From: Eledone cirrhosa
Taxonomy: Eukaryota
Direction of reading: 5' to 3'
Length of the DNA: 64,000 bases
Assembly: GCA_964016885.1 (NCBI GenBank)
Contig: OZ024745.1
Coordinates: 39,866,001 to 39,930,000 of the forward strand
Part shown: piece after piece, positions 15,001-28,244 of the stretch
How the letters are laid out: every line of letters starts with the position of its first letter
How positions within the stretch are numbered: the stretch's first letter is position 1
The notes under the pieces: model-generated
Database searches by the model: none
Told to the model about the DNA's origin: nothing
Seen by the model: the letters and a program-made list of their open reading frames with translations, nothing else
Made by a program: the position numbers and the translations under genes

Positions 15001-18000
15001 GGTAAATATTGCTGATGAGTTGTAACAACAACGAAACTAGTTCAATATTCCTTGTCTGGCTTTCTGGAGAATAGAGGAAAGGTGTTTCCTCAAAAACCAG
15101 TATGACTCTAAAAACCGGTTTGTCTGTGTGTTTACATACAGAATAGCTGGCCACTCACAGTAAAGTGACCAGTGAAAAAACTTGGTACATCTACATATGT
15201 ATACGTGTGTGTATTCATATACATACTAGTATTTCAGTATACATATATGGATGTACATCTTTAACTTAATTGTTTAAGCGTCAGTCATACAAAAGTGAGT
15301 TACAAACGAAACGAAATTTAATTTCGTTTCGTTATTTGTTTTTATCGTCTCCGTTGAACCGGTACTTACTCACACTCTATGCAAATTAGTCTGCCCACTA
15401 CTAATTATCATAGAAAAAGCATATAACGATATGTGCTTTTACGATTCTCTAGAGAGGCCGGAAGATAGGTAAATATTGCTGATGAGTTGTAACAACAACG
15501 AAACTAGTTCAATATTCCTTGTCTGGCTTTCTGGAGAATAGAGGAAAGGTGTTTCCTCAAAAACCAGTATGACTCTAAAAACCGGTTTGTCTGTGTGTTT
15601 ACATACAGAATAGCTGGCCACTCACAGTAAAGTGACCAGTGAAAAAACTTGGTACATCTACATATGTATACGTGTGTGTATTCATATACATACTAGTATT
15701 TCAGTATACATATATGGATGTACATCTTTAACTTAATTGTTTAAGCGTCAGTCATACAAAAGTGAGTTACAAACGAAACGAAATTTAATTTCGTTTCGTT
15801 ATTTGTTTTTATCGTCTCCGTTGAACCGGTACTTACTCACACTCTATGCAAATTAGTCTGCCCACTACTAATTATCATAGAAAAAGCATATAACGATATG
15901 TGCTTTTACGATTCTCCAGAGAGGCCGGAAGATAGGTAAATATTGCTGATGAGTTGTAACAACAACGAAACTAGTTCAATATTCCTTGTCTGGCTTTCTG
16001 GAGAATAGAGGAAAGGTGTTTCCTCAAAAACCAGTATGACTCTAAAAACCGGTTTGTCTGTGTGTTTACATACAGAATAGCTGGCCACGCACAGTAAAGT
16101 GACCAGTGAAAAAACTTGGTACATCTACATATGTATACGTGTGTGTATTCATATACATACTAGTATTTCAGTATACATATATGGATGTACATCTTTAACT
16201 TAATTGTTTAAGCGTCAGTCATACAAAAGTGAGTTACAAACGAAACGAAATTTAATTTCGTTTCGTTGTTTGTTTTCATCGTCTCCGTTGAACCGGTACT
16301 TACTCACACTCTATGCAAATTAGTCTGCCCACTACTAATTATCATAGAAAAAGCATATAACGATATGTGCTTTTACGATTCTCTAGAGAGGCCGGAAGAT
16401 AGGTAAATATTGCTGATGAGTTGTAACAACAACGAAACTAGTTCAATATTCCTTGTCTGGCTTTCTGGAGAATAGAGGAAAGGTGTTTCCTCAAAAACCA
16501 GTATGACTCTAAAAACCGGTTTGTCTGTGTGTTTACATACAGAATAGCTGGCCACTCACAGTAAAGTGACCAGTGAAAAAACTTGGTACATCTACATATG
16601 TATACGTGTGTGTATTCATATACATACTAGTATTTCAGTATACATATATGGATGTACATCTTTAACTTAATTGTTTAAGCGTCAGTCATACAAAAGTGAG
16701 TTACAAACGAAACGAAATTTAATTTCGTTTCGTTATTTGTTTTTATCGTCTCCGTTGAACCGGTACTTACTCACACTCTATGCAAATTAGTCTGCCCACT
16801 ACTAATTATCATAGAAAAAGCATATAACGATATGTGCTTTTACGATTCTCCAGAGAGGCCGGAAGATAGGTAAATATTGCTGATGAGTTGTAACAACAAC
16901 GAAACTAGTTCAATATTCCTTGTCTGGCTTTCTGGAGAATAGAGGAAAGGTGTTTCCTCAAAAACCAGTATGACTCTAAAAACCGGTTTGTCTGTGTGTT
17001 TACATACAGAATAGCTGGCCACTCACAGTAAAGTGACCAGTGAAAAAACTTGGTACATCTACATATGTATACGTGTGTGTATTCATATACATACTAGTAT
17101 TTCAGTATACATATATGGATGTACATCTTTAACTTAATTGTTTAAGCGTCAGTCATACAAAAGTGAGTTACAAACGAAACGAAATTTAATTTCGTTTCGT
17201 TATTTGTTTTTATCGTCTCCGTTGAACCGGTACTTACTCACACTCTATGCAAATTAGTCTGCCCACTACTAATTATCATAGAAAAAGCATATAACGATAT
17301 GTGCTTTTACGATTCTCTAGAGAGGCCGGAAGATAGGTAAATATTGCTGATGAGTTGTAACAACAACGAAACTAGTTCAATATTCCTTGTCTGGCTTTCT
17401 GGAGAATAGAGGAAAGGTGTTTCCTCAAAAACCAGTATGACTCTAAAAACCGGTTTGTCTGTGTGTTTACATACAGAATAGCTGGCCACTCACAGTAAAG
17501 TGACCAGTGAAAAAACTTGGTACATCTACATATGTATACGTGTGTGTATTCATATACATACTAGTATTTCAGTATACATATATGGATGTACATCTTTAAC
17601 TTAATTGTTTAAGCGTCAGTCATACAAAAGTGAGTTACAAACGAAACGAAATTTAATTTCGTTTCGTTATTTGTTTTTATCGTCTCCGTTGAACCGGTAC
17701 TTACTCACACTCTATGCAAATTAGTCTGCCCACTACTAATTATCATAGAAAAAGCATATAACGATATGTGCTTTTACGATTCTCCAGAGAGGCCGGAAGA
17801 TAGGTAAATATTGCTGATGAGTTGTAACAACAACGAAACTAGTTCAATATTCCTTGTCTGGCTTTCTGGAGAATAGAGGAAAGGTGTTTCCTCAAAAACC
17901 AGTATGACTCTAAAAACCGGTTTGTCTGTGTGTTTACATACAGAATAGCTGGCCACGCACAGTAAAGTGACCAGTGAAAAAACTTGGTACATCTACATAT

Positions 18001-19007
18001 GTATACGTGTGTGTATTCATATACATACTAGTATTTCAGTATACATATATGGATGTACATCTTTAACTTAATTGTTTAAGCGTCAGTCATACAAAAGTGA
18101 GTTACAAACGAAACGAAATTTAATTTCGTTTCGTTATTTGTTTTCATCGTCTCCGTTGAACCGGTACTTACTCACACTCTATGCAAATTAGTCTGCCCAC
18201 TACTAATTATCATAGAAAAAGCATATAACGATATGTGCTTTTACGATTCTCTAGAGAGGCCGGAAGATAGGTAAATATTGCTGATGAGTTGTAACAACAA
18301 CGAAACTAGTTCAATATTCCTTGTCTGGCTTTCTGGAGAATAGAGGAAAGGTGTTTCCTCAAAAACCAGTATGACTCTAAAAACCGGTTTGTCTGTGTGT
18401 TTACATACAGAATAGCTGGCCACTCACAGTAAAGTGACCAGTGAAAAAACTTGGTACATCTACATATGTATACGTGTGTGTATTCATATACATACTAGTA
18501 TTTCAGTATACATATATGGATGTACATCTTTAACTTAATTGTTTAAGCGTCAGTCATACAAAAGTGAGTTACAAACGAAACGAAATTTAATTTCGTTTCG
18601 TTATTTGTTTTTATCGTCTCCGTTGAACCGGTACTTACTCACACTCTATGCAAATTAGTCTGCCCACTACTAATTATCATAGAAAAAGCATATAACGATA
18701 TGTGCTTTTACGATTCTCTAGAGAGGCCGGAAGATAGGTAAATATTGCTGATGAGTTGTAACAACAACGAAACTAGTTCAATATTCCTTGTCTGGCTTTC
18801 TGGAGAATAGAGGAAAGGTGTTTCCTCAAAAACCAGTATGACTCTAAAAACCGGTTTGTCTGTGTGTTTACATACAGAATAGCTGGTCACTCACAGTAAA
18901 GTGACCAGTGAAAAAACTTGGTACATCTACATATGTATACGTGTGTGTATTCATATACATACTAGTATTTCAGTATACATATATGGATGTACATCTTTAA
19001 CTTAATT

Positions 19008-19010
<3 letters not shown>
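1..19010 (+). repeat. 467-bp tandem satellite, about 41 near-identical units, each with a hammerhead ribozyme motif (retrozyme-like array)
   Basis: Sequence and ORF track recur every 467 bp, with units differing at only a few sites. The array starts before the window and ends abruptly in (TA)n at about 19011. Confidence 0.98.
57..101 (+). ncRNA. Minimal type I hammerhead ribozyme (representative of 41 copies at 467-bp spacing; last starts at about 18741)
   Basis: AATATTG-CTGATGA-GTTGT(AACA)ACAAC-GAAA-CTAG-TT-CAATATT: 7-bp helix I, canonical core, 5-bp helix II, palindromic helix III (ACTAGT), predicted GUU cleavage triplet. Confidence 0.9.
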
Positions 19011-19064
<54 letters not shown>

Positions 19065-19414
19065 TATATAATATCAATCATTGTATATATATTTTAATCC
19101 ACTGTCAATAAATACACCATGATTTTTTCATTCTGATGAATGAAAGTAAATTTTGTTTGCTTTCAAGTAACCACTGGTAAATGAAATAATTATCTTATGT
19201 TGTCTATTACATAACTATATATATATATATGGCGGACTGGATCTAAATATATCGGTTGGCGAGAGATGAAGGAGGCCCGCTTACATATAGAATGCAATCA
19301 TTTAACTTTTATGATGAATAAATAACATTTTCAAAAAATACATAAGTGGAACAAAAGAGTGCAATCAAATTTTTGCGGAAAAATATCTCACCTGCTCCAA
19401 TAAAGAATGTTTTC

Positions 19415-19560
19415 TACTTTTAGCACAAGGCTAGCAATTACTAAGTCCATTGCTGGTTCTTTTTATCGGAGAGATTTGAACTCATAATGGACAGGGCCAT
19501 AACTCTATGCGTCAAAGCATGGCCTCCGACACTCTACTGATACTGCCAATCCACCTTCTC
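19415..19560 (-). mobile_element. Degenerate tRNA-derived SINE (octopus-type)
   Basis: GCACAAGGCTAGCAATT...TTTTATCG...GATTTGAACTCA resembles the copies at 27.7 and 35.0 kb. Confidence 0.55.
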
Positions 19561-19628
19561 CAAAAAATAATATTAAGTTTTATGCGACATCCAGAGACTC
19601 TCAATAACAATATTTGGTCTGCCTACAC

Positions 19629-19778
<150 letters not shown>

Positions 19779-19988
19779 CATATGTCGAAACGGCCTCAGC
19801 TCTGCAGTCGGGGTCATACATTTTCCTATTACCCACTTTACTACCCTAACTATTAAGTGCTCTGGTGCGTTATGGTCCATCTGGTTTCGTACCACACATA
19901 ACTTACCTATATATATAGGTAAGTTATTCTGGGTTAAATCGGAGTTAACCACAGTAAGTAAGGTACTCAATACATAGCAGAGTTAAAC

Positions 19989-20110
19989 AGTTTTAATATA
20001 GATGAGATTTACAGGACCAGAATTGTTTCATTCTTTAGAAAACATCAGGAATCATGATTATTTCTAAAGAATGAAACAGTTCTAGTCTTGTAGAATCTCA
20101 TCTATATTAA

Positions 20111-20114
<4 letters not shown>
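19989..20114. repeat. Fold-back inverted repeat of a pLTR-like fragment with a degenerate HHR
   Basis: AGTTTTAATATAGATGAGATT... is mirrored by ...AATCTCATCTATATTAAAACT. The minus arm reads CTGATGT-TTTCTAAAGAAT-GAAA-CAATT. Confidence 0.75.
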
Positions 20115-20145
<31 letters not shown>

Positions 20146-20706
20146 AAAGAATAGAGGTGTAACCCACAAGTTATTATATATTGGTAAACGGAATAGAAAA
20201 TGCTGACAAATTGTTCACAGTGAAAAATAGTTTAATTAGGAATAAATGAGAATTAGTAATTGTATTGGTTAGTATTCAGTTTTGGTTTTAAGTTTTACCG
20301 GTTGCGCATTTCTAAATGCTTTTCAAAAATAATTTTGAGATAGAGCGTCCGTGATGTTTGCTCTGATCTGATTAGTTTTGGGAATTCTACCTGTTTTTAT
20401 GTTAAAAAAGTGGCTCAAGCGCTATTAAAACTGGTTTTTGCGCCAATTCGTGTTGCAAAACTTCTTGTGGTCAAAACAATTTTGATTGGTCGGTAGAGGT
20501 CATGTGAATGTAAAAAATTGATTTTGCGCCAAGACTGAGAAATGACTCTTTCACAACAAATATGTGTGTGTGTGTGTAGTAGTAGTAAAGTGTTCGTTGT
20601 TGTGATAATGGTTAGCAGGAACGTGTGTGCGAACCGCATCTTGTTGACAGTTCAAATGCCTATTAAGACAAGTGTGTGTGTGTGTATGTGTGTGTGTGCG
20701 TGTCTA

Positions 20707-20765
<59 letters not shown>

Positions 20766-20872
20766 CAGAGTAATTCGTGGTAGAGGGATGGTCAGTAGGA
20801 ATGTGTCTGTAAGTGAGTGAGGGATATTTTAACATGTTAAAAGATATTTTTCAGCTCTTGTCTTATACGGAG

Positions 20873-20943
<71 letters not shown>

Positions 20944-21302
20944 AGTTTCTTTGTATGTTAATGTACGCGTGTGTATGTGTGTGTGTGTGTGTGAGAATGT
21001 GTGTGTGTGAGAATGTGTGTGGGGACCAGTATTTTTTTCCCCCGGTAAAACGGTGTACATTATTCGATATTTTCAGTAAAATCGATTCTCTCAATAGAAC
21101 ATCAAAAACCTTAACAATAAAAGGTGTGAAATGATATTCACTATATATATATATACATATATTCACTAAATATATATATATTTTTTTTTTTGTGTTGCCC
21201 CATAGAACATGTGTGTTTACGTATGTCATTGTGTTTATATGTGGGTAGAGATGTGTGCTGATGTAGGTATGTATGTTGACGTGTGTATGTTGTGGGTTCG
21301 TC

Positions 21303-21700
21303 TTAGTGAGAAGTGTTTGGACGGGGTCCGTATTTGTTAATAAAGTAAGATTCCTTGCTGATGCGCTGGGTGTGGGTATCATTATCTTTAAATTTGTAGA
21401 GGGGAAAGATTCTGAAGTCGGGATGATTTTGGGCGGCACAGGTATCAATGTGTTCACTCAGTGGTATTTTCCTGTATTCCCGTATTTTAATTTGGGATCT
21501 ATGGACAGTCATGTGTTGGCGGAGGCTGTTTTGGGTCTGGCCCATGTATTGTTCTCGACAACCTGAGCAAGTTAATACATATATTAGATTTTTCGATGCA
21601 TATGTGAAATTGTGTTTTACTATAAAACGTTGTCCTTATTTGAAATAGAATTCCTAACCCTCTATTAGGTTGATGCAAATGCCACAGTTGGGTCTATCGC
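21303..21700 (-). pseudogene. PLE GIY-YIG endonuclease domain
   Basis: The minus strand reads NLIYVLTCSGCREQYMGQTQNSLRQHMTVHRSQI...KESYFI, preceded by a CGIC Cys motif, as in Neptune-type PLEs. Confidence 0.88.
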
Positions 21701-23620
21701 ATTTTTTTACTGTGGGTTTCGTTGTTGTGGTTGGCAGTACTTTGGCATGTGTTAGGGATGTTTTTCATTGACTTAGATTGTCTTTTGCTCTTTATGATAT
21801 CGTGTGTTCGTAGGATTTGGTTCATTCTATGGTCCTTTTTCAACACAAGCATGTTCTGGATGATGGTGTCAAAGGCCTCATTGTTGAGGGGGTTGTGTGT
21901 AGAGATGTATGGAAGAGCTTTTAGTTTCGGTTGATTTACTTTAGGGTGGCTAAGGTCCTGGGTACTGAGTTTTAGGGCACGTTGGATTCCATTGTCAATT
22001 AGTGATGCAGGGTAGTCCCTGCCTATGAGTGTGTCCTTTAGTTCTTGTAGCTGTAAGTAGCAGGTGTTTTTATTGGAGACTATAGTACAGATTCTCTTGG
22101 CTAAGTTGTAGGGAATATTAATTTTAACGTGTCTAGGGTGCCAAAAGTTGAAAGGAAGATATTGCTTGGAGTCTGTGGGCTTGTAGTATATGTCTGTTTC
22201 TATTTTTTTGTTATGGATCTTAATGAGGATGTCGAGGAAGGGGAGTTGTTGATGGCTGTATTCGATTGTGAAATTAATATTCGTGTTGAGCCCATTTATA
22301 AGGGTATGAAATTCTTTAAGTGTTTCGATGTGTTCGTGCCAAAGGATCAAGCAGTCATCTAGATATCGCTTCCAGTTCCTTTCTATGTGTAAGTGGAGAG
22401 TGTTTCCAAATTTGTTTAGGACTTTAGTGTAGAGGGTGATTTCCAGGTATCCCATGACTAGGTTGGCATAAGTGTGGGCTGTTTTCGTTCCCATAGCGGT
22501 CCCAGATTTCTGCCTGTAGGGTTTGTTATTGAAAACGAAGTAATTGTTCTCCAAGATAAATTTGAGTCCCTCTATCACGAATTCTTTTTTGATGCGTTGT
22601 GGGAGTTCATTGTGGTAATTATCCAGCCAGAATTGGATAGCTTCTATTCCTAGGTTGTGGGGGATGTTGGAGTATAGGTTGACTAAATCGAACGTCACTA
22701 GTAGGGTTTGTTCAGAAAGTGGCATATTAGGGAGTTGATTGAGCATATCTAGGTCGTCCCTTATATAGCTTTTGATGTGTTTGAGAAAGGGCTTGAGAAG
22801 GGTATCAATGAAGTTGCTAAGGCGCTGGGTTTCGCAAGCGGGGCCTGCTATTATAGGTCTTAATTTGAGATCATTGGGTGAGGGGACATTGATGACTATG
22901 TCTGTGGCTTCCTTGCATGCCTTACTTATTAATTCGCTTTTATGTACTTAGGGATACCGTAGAAAAGGCTGGATTTACTTGTGAAGTCTGTGATGAAGCT
23001 GAATTCCTTGTTAGTGAGTCCTTCTTTGTATTGGTTGATTAGAGTTTTTAGGTTTCTCATAATTTTCTGTTGATTGTAGTGTTCAGCCTTTTCGTAGTAT
23101 GTTTCGTTTTCCAAAGTGGAGAGCGCTAAGTTGATATAGAATTCTGTCTCCATTAGGACTATTGTACTCCCTTTATCAGCCTCTTTAATTGTAATGGTTC
23201 TGTCGGTTTTTAATCTATTTAATTCTTCCCATTCTTTCTTGTTGAGGTTTGGCTTGTGTTTTTGTCTGTGCAAGTGTTGGTAAGGTAAGTTTGTGATGTG
23301 TTCACAGAATTCGTCCAGGATTTTATTTCTACCTTTTGATGGGGTGTAATTGCTTCTATTTCTGGCTAATGATTCATCCACATTGTACTGGTCGAATAGT
23401 TGTTCACTGAGTCGTAACTTTCTATAGAAGTCTGTGATGTCTTCCTTCATTTCATAGTAGTTAGGACGTAGTGGGGTCGGTGTGAATTTAAGACCTTTGG
23501 AGAGTAAGTTGATAAGGTTGGGTGTTGGTTCTGCACTAGTAAGATTGATAATTTTTATTACTATCGGTTTCTCCTCCCTGTCTTGTGTTATTTTGTTTGC
23601 CTGTATTGTGTGCTGTCTCT
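21694..23620 (-). pseudogene. PLE reverse transcriptase, frameshifted
   Basis: ORFs 22929-23450 (IKEADKGSTIV) and 21694-22746 (TFDLVNLYSNIPH, QKSGTAMG, RYLDD, LPFLDI, TDIYYKPT) carry PLE RT and thumb motifs and are split by frameshifts. Confidence 0.93.
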
Positions 23621-24602
23621 AAAAAATGGTTGGGGTAGAGGGGTTGTCTGCTGGTGTTAAGTGGTTTCTTGTGTTTGTTATATTCCTTGTTGTTGTAAAA
23701 TGTGGTTCAGGTTGGTGGTTGTAGATTGAATGGGGTGTTCCTGTACTGCGAGTATGGGTGTGTGTTTCTATGTGCCATGTTGTATTGTGGTGTTATAGGT
23801 GGCCTACGTTGTTGGTTGTATCGTGTGGTGTGGGTTTGTTGTGTATTGTGGAAGCGAGAGTTGAGAAAATGGAAATTACCATGGTGTCCCCTTGAAGCGT
23901 GGAAGTTGTTACATCTATCATGGTGGTGGTATCTTTTCCCTATGTTTGACGATGAGGCATCCGTGTAGTAGTTGAGTGATTTTCTATGGTGTCTCCTTGA
24001 AGGGTGAAAGTTGTAAATGTCATTCTGGGGGAGATGATTTCTTGGGTTTTGTTCCTTCTTATGGTAGCGTGGTTGGGAAGTTCATCTTCGGTGTGGTGCT
24101 TCCTTCTTCGTTTATTAGTGGCTTGGGGGTTTGAGAAGTTGTTGTGCGGTTCAGTTATGGGTTTTCCTATTTTTATGAACGGGTTATTGGAGGTGTAATC
24201 CGTTTGAAAAGTCGATTCATAGTGTAGGAACCAAGCGGCTCTTTTTTCCCAGCGTTGAAGGGATTTCAGTTCTTCAGTTCTTCTCTGCGGTTCGCGCACA
24301 CATCCCTGCTAACCATTATCACAACAACGAACACTTTACTACTACTACGCACACACACACACACACACATATTTGTTGTGAAAGAGTCATTTCTCAGTCT
24401 TGGCGCAAAATCAAATTTTTACATTCACATAACCTCTACCGACCAATCAAAATTGTTTTGACCACAAGAATTTTTGCAACACGAATTGGCGCAAAAGCCA
24501 ATTTTAATAGCGCTTGAGCCACTTTTTTAACATAAAAACAGGTAGAATTCCCAAAACTAATCAGATCAAAGCAAACATCACGGACGCTCTATCTCAAAAT
24601 TA

Positions 24603-24639
24603 TTTTTGAAAAGCATTTAGAAATGCGCAACCGGTAAAA
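24603..24639 (+). ncRNA. Variant HHR-like motif in the pLTR (U3-A8 core, GAAA changed to GCAA); mirror copy at 20293-20329 on the minus strand
   Basis: TTT-TTGAAAA-GCATT(TAGA)AATGC-GCAA-CCGG-TA-AAA, the same architecture as the intact copy at 62103. Confidence 0.6.
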
Positions 24640-24742
24640 CTTAAAACCAAAACTGAATACTAACCAGTACAATTACTAATTCTCATTTATTCCTAATTAA
24701 ACTATTTTTCACTGTGAACAATTTGTCAGCATTTTCTATTCC

Positions 24743-24787
<45 letters not shown>

Positions 24788-27550
24788 ATTAGAGTCTGAA
24801 TTGCCACCACATGACATGTGTTTTTACACCACGCGTTAAATTTATTCAACAACGCAGACTAAACTACACACTGGCACATAAATGTTACTAAGAATAATTC
24901 AGGCTATTTGAGATTACACGTGTTCGTAGCTCCGTGTCATGAAACTGAATCATGTATCATATAACCTGAAGCATTTAAACGTATACATTACCAAACTTAT
25001 ATATCTGCCGACATCAACGTGTAACAGCATATATTTTCAGTAAAAAATAATTTATCGTAAAATATATACTCAATATATTTTGTATGTATCTTACATGCCA
25101 AAAGATTTATATGAAAAGTATGCAATTGATTTATAAGTTTCCGTCAACTAAGTATATATCGAATTTAAGGAACGTAGGCTGGTGAAAACCAATGAAAAAA
25201 TAGCAATATTTAAAATATTATAGAATAAGGTGATAACTAAGTAATATTAGAGATTTTCATGATTTTCTACATTTTTTGGTATTCCTATATTCGGTGACGA
25301 GAACTGGATTCAACCGATACGATTTTACACCTTCCTTACAAATAAATGTACTGGTGCCAACATTAGAAAATTCTCTTCTAACTATGTATTGAGCCTTTCT
25401 CTGACATCAATTGCTTTATAAGATGCATGGGTTGAAGGCAGGTTCTCTTTAATGAATGTACCTATTCAATACACAATAGTATTCTCCTGTTTTGTCTGTC
25501 GCTGAAACGAGTATCAGTATTGTATATTACCGAATACATCATTCTTAAATAATATTCTAATTGACTCATAAATTATCTTTTTTAAAAATAGGTGGCATTT
25601 GCATTAATATTTGCGTTCAAAATTCAATCAATATATCTCTTGTATCACATCTATTTTCGAAAGTAGAACCAAACTCTTTCCTTTTATGTGATCAGTAGAC
25701 ATCTTTAAATAATACAGGCACATATATAATGATGTAACTTTTTACTGTTTAACATTTTTGAATTATCAATGGTGATCCATTGTACTGATTAAAATTTAAT
25801 CATAGACGGAATTACTTAAATTTCACTTCACTTCTGTGGAATCACACCTGAAATGTTTAGTTAATAATTCGGAACAAACAATCGTTTATTTACAAATTAC
25901 AGTGTTCATTTACAATACATTCTGATTACATTTCACATTCAGAGTTGCTGTATGTTGACATTTTCTTCTCTTATGACTAAATTTAAATACTCTTACAAAT
26001 TAATCACCATTAGATATTTGGTTTGAATATTGTTTGCTGCCTCGTTTCTTATAGACGGAAAGACTTATATTATGTTTTACAAATTATCACGATTAATCAA
26101 CATAGGTGTACAGGAAATTCACTAACTGACAATATGCAAAGGCCAATTAATAGATTAGTTTATTGTTGCGATCTCTGCAACATATTTGATACTAACCATA
26201 CTAAAGACTTTAATATCCAAAAGGGAACTATAAAAGTTCCACAACCTTGGAAAATACATTTCATCTTCGGATCTAATTTATATGAATATGCACATCCACT
26301 ATAACCACATGGCACACCGGTTTTCTATACTTCGTTGATTTTACTGGATGGCCTCAACCTTATTTGACACTAAATCCTATTTTCAGACTGTAAAGTTGTT
26401 GATATTTATCTTCTTTTTACTCACCTTTTTCTTAATAACATCTGTCAATATCTATTAAACATATCACGATAAACAACTCTGGTTCCAAAGTATATACATA
26501 TTCTGTATGAGAAAGAAGTACGAAATGTATACAATGCCACATGAATTTATTAAATGAAATACACAGATTCTGTATAAGATTACCATTTAATTACGAAACA
26601 TATGTTAATATTTACACCCACATACACTACAATTTGAATGGTTTGTGCTCTGATCATAATTCGGTGACATACTATACATTGTGTACAGTGCTGAGGAATA
26701 AGGTTCGAAAAGAGAAAATTTATTTAATGACAAAAGTGCCGTATGAGAATCATATTCTGATACAGAATCATCGAAATACCAAGCAGTTATCATTCTGTAC
26801 CTGGATTGTAATATACTTCATTCATAAATAGCAGTCACGTATATATTATAACTAACGTTTAAGCTAAATCTGACCCAAGAAGATATAGTTCCATTCTCAA
26901 CGAATGTTATATGTCACGGAGAAAATATTTCACCTTTCAGATTCTCTCCAAATACCGTGCGCCACATCATTGCTTTAGTCATTTTGTTACGTATTATTAA
27001 TTTCAATTTAATCTATCCGTTTTTTTCTTTCGATTCCCTATGTCTCTTTTGTATACGTCATTGATGCCAGCACGTTCAAGTAGATTCTTATCTAACATGA
27101 TATTTCTTTCAACAATTATTTACCTTCTGACATCTGAAATTTTTTTTTTTTTTTATTGATGTAGAAATGTGTTTTACTGATGTAGATAATTTATCTGCAA
27201 TATGCTGAAATATCTAATGGAATGTTTATCTAATTCGTTGCGAAAATAATTTATACGCTCATTTCTAAAATTTAAAATTCATGTTTAACTCGTGCCGCCT
27301 CTTAACATAGCAATTTCTAAGAGAGTTTCATATAATAAGCGCTTCCTAGTACACCATATACTCTTCTTGCCTGTTGATCCTTTGCTAAAAATAAAATTAT
27401 ATTTCAGGATAATATTTCCTCAGAGATTAAGCATAGACTTGAGTAAAAAATGTAAATATGAATGTTCTAGGATAAAAGCCTCTATCACTCTAATACGTGT
27501 TCCAGCCGAGAGTCTGCGGCCATGCTGAAACACTGCTAATGGTTATAAGC

Positions 27551-27622
27551 TTCCTCAACGCGGGATCGAACCCTGGTCTCCCGTGAGACAGGTATGTATA
27601 CTTACTACTATAATCCGAGTAA
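27551..27622 (-). pseudogene. Degenerate tRNA-Asp(GTC) pseudogene or tRNA-Asp-derived SINE head
   Basis: The minus strand ACTCGGATTATAGTAGTAAGTATACATACCTGTCTCACGGGAGACCAGGGTTCGATCCCGCGTTGAGGAA aligns by eye to eukaryotic tRNA-Asp, but the stems are disrupted. Confidence 0.7.
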
Positions 27623-27694
27623 ACATTGTTAACATTGCAATCATAAATAATCAATAATCTTCTCCATGTTATCTGAGCTACATATTTCATATTG

Positions 27695-27878
27695 ATTTCT
27701 AGTATAGGCACATGGTCAGTAATTTTGGGGGAGGGGAAAGTCGATTAAATCGACCCCAGTACGTTACTGGTGCTTTATTTTATCGACCCCGTATGAATGA
27801 AAGGCGGGATTTGGACTCAGACCGTAAAGGAGCGTAACTCTATGCTTTGCGACCGGCCATCTACCGATAACGCCACCT
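27695..27878 (-). mobile_element. tRNA-derived SINE of the abundant octopus type
   Basis: AATTTTGGGGGAGGGGAAAGTCGATTAAATCGACCCCAGTAC...TTTTATCGACCCCG...ATGAAAGGC...GATTTGGACTCAGA, with several related copies in the window. Confidence 0.8.
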
Positions 27879-28244
27879 AATTATGTATGATAAATAATTT
27901 TAAAATCTTACAAATTTGTGAAGCTCTACTTTCCGAACAATCAATGAATATTTGTTAATGCTAAGTTAAGCATACAGCCATTCATCAAACACATATAGTG
28001 GTGCTATGTATAAAACACATAAAATGCGAAATCATGTATGTTTAAGATGTAACTGTATGTAGAAGCTGGATTAGAATGTGTATTAACCATTTAGATAAGA
28101 ATTACGGACATGTAACATCTAATGGATTTGTAGGAGGACTTTAGTGACGTGTACCATGTCTTGAATATTTAAAATGTGGCGGAGCTCATCCCATTTGTAG
28201 GACTGAACATTGAGAATACGATTGAGGAAAGGAGAAAGAATCAA

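Larger units (their letters stand above)
20186..24746 (-). mobile_element. Penelope-like element (Neptune-like) with a 3' pLTR and an inverted pLTR copy at the 5' end
   Basis: RT and GIY-YIG remnants lie between 460-bp inverted repeats (20186-20638 and 24286-24746), with (TA)n on both flanks. Confidence 0.92.

Noticed and set aside
24-18890. Repeated 60/72-aa minus-strand ORF in the satellite
   Set aside because: No recognisable domain and non-ATG or variable starts. It is antisense to the HHR and is a by-product of the repeat.
1-19010. CRISPR array, rDNA/5S array or snRNA/SL-RNA tandem gene array
   Set aside because: No unique spacers, and no recognisable 5S, tRNA, U snRNA or spliced-leader sequence in the unit. 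An Rfam scan would be needed to exclude these fully.
19125-19200. CTGATGA...GAAA-TAATTA-TC hammerhead-like motif
   Set aside because: The core and palindrome are present but helix I cannot be paired convincingly; at best a decayed relic.
24790-27450. Possible decayed coding sequence or DNA transposon in a microsatellite-free stretch
   Set aside because: Only short ORFs, with no motif or terminal repeat I could identify. It needs tBLASTx or Dfam.
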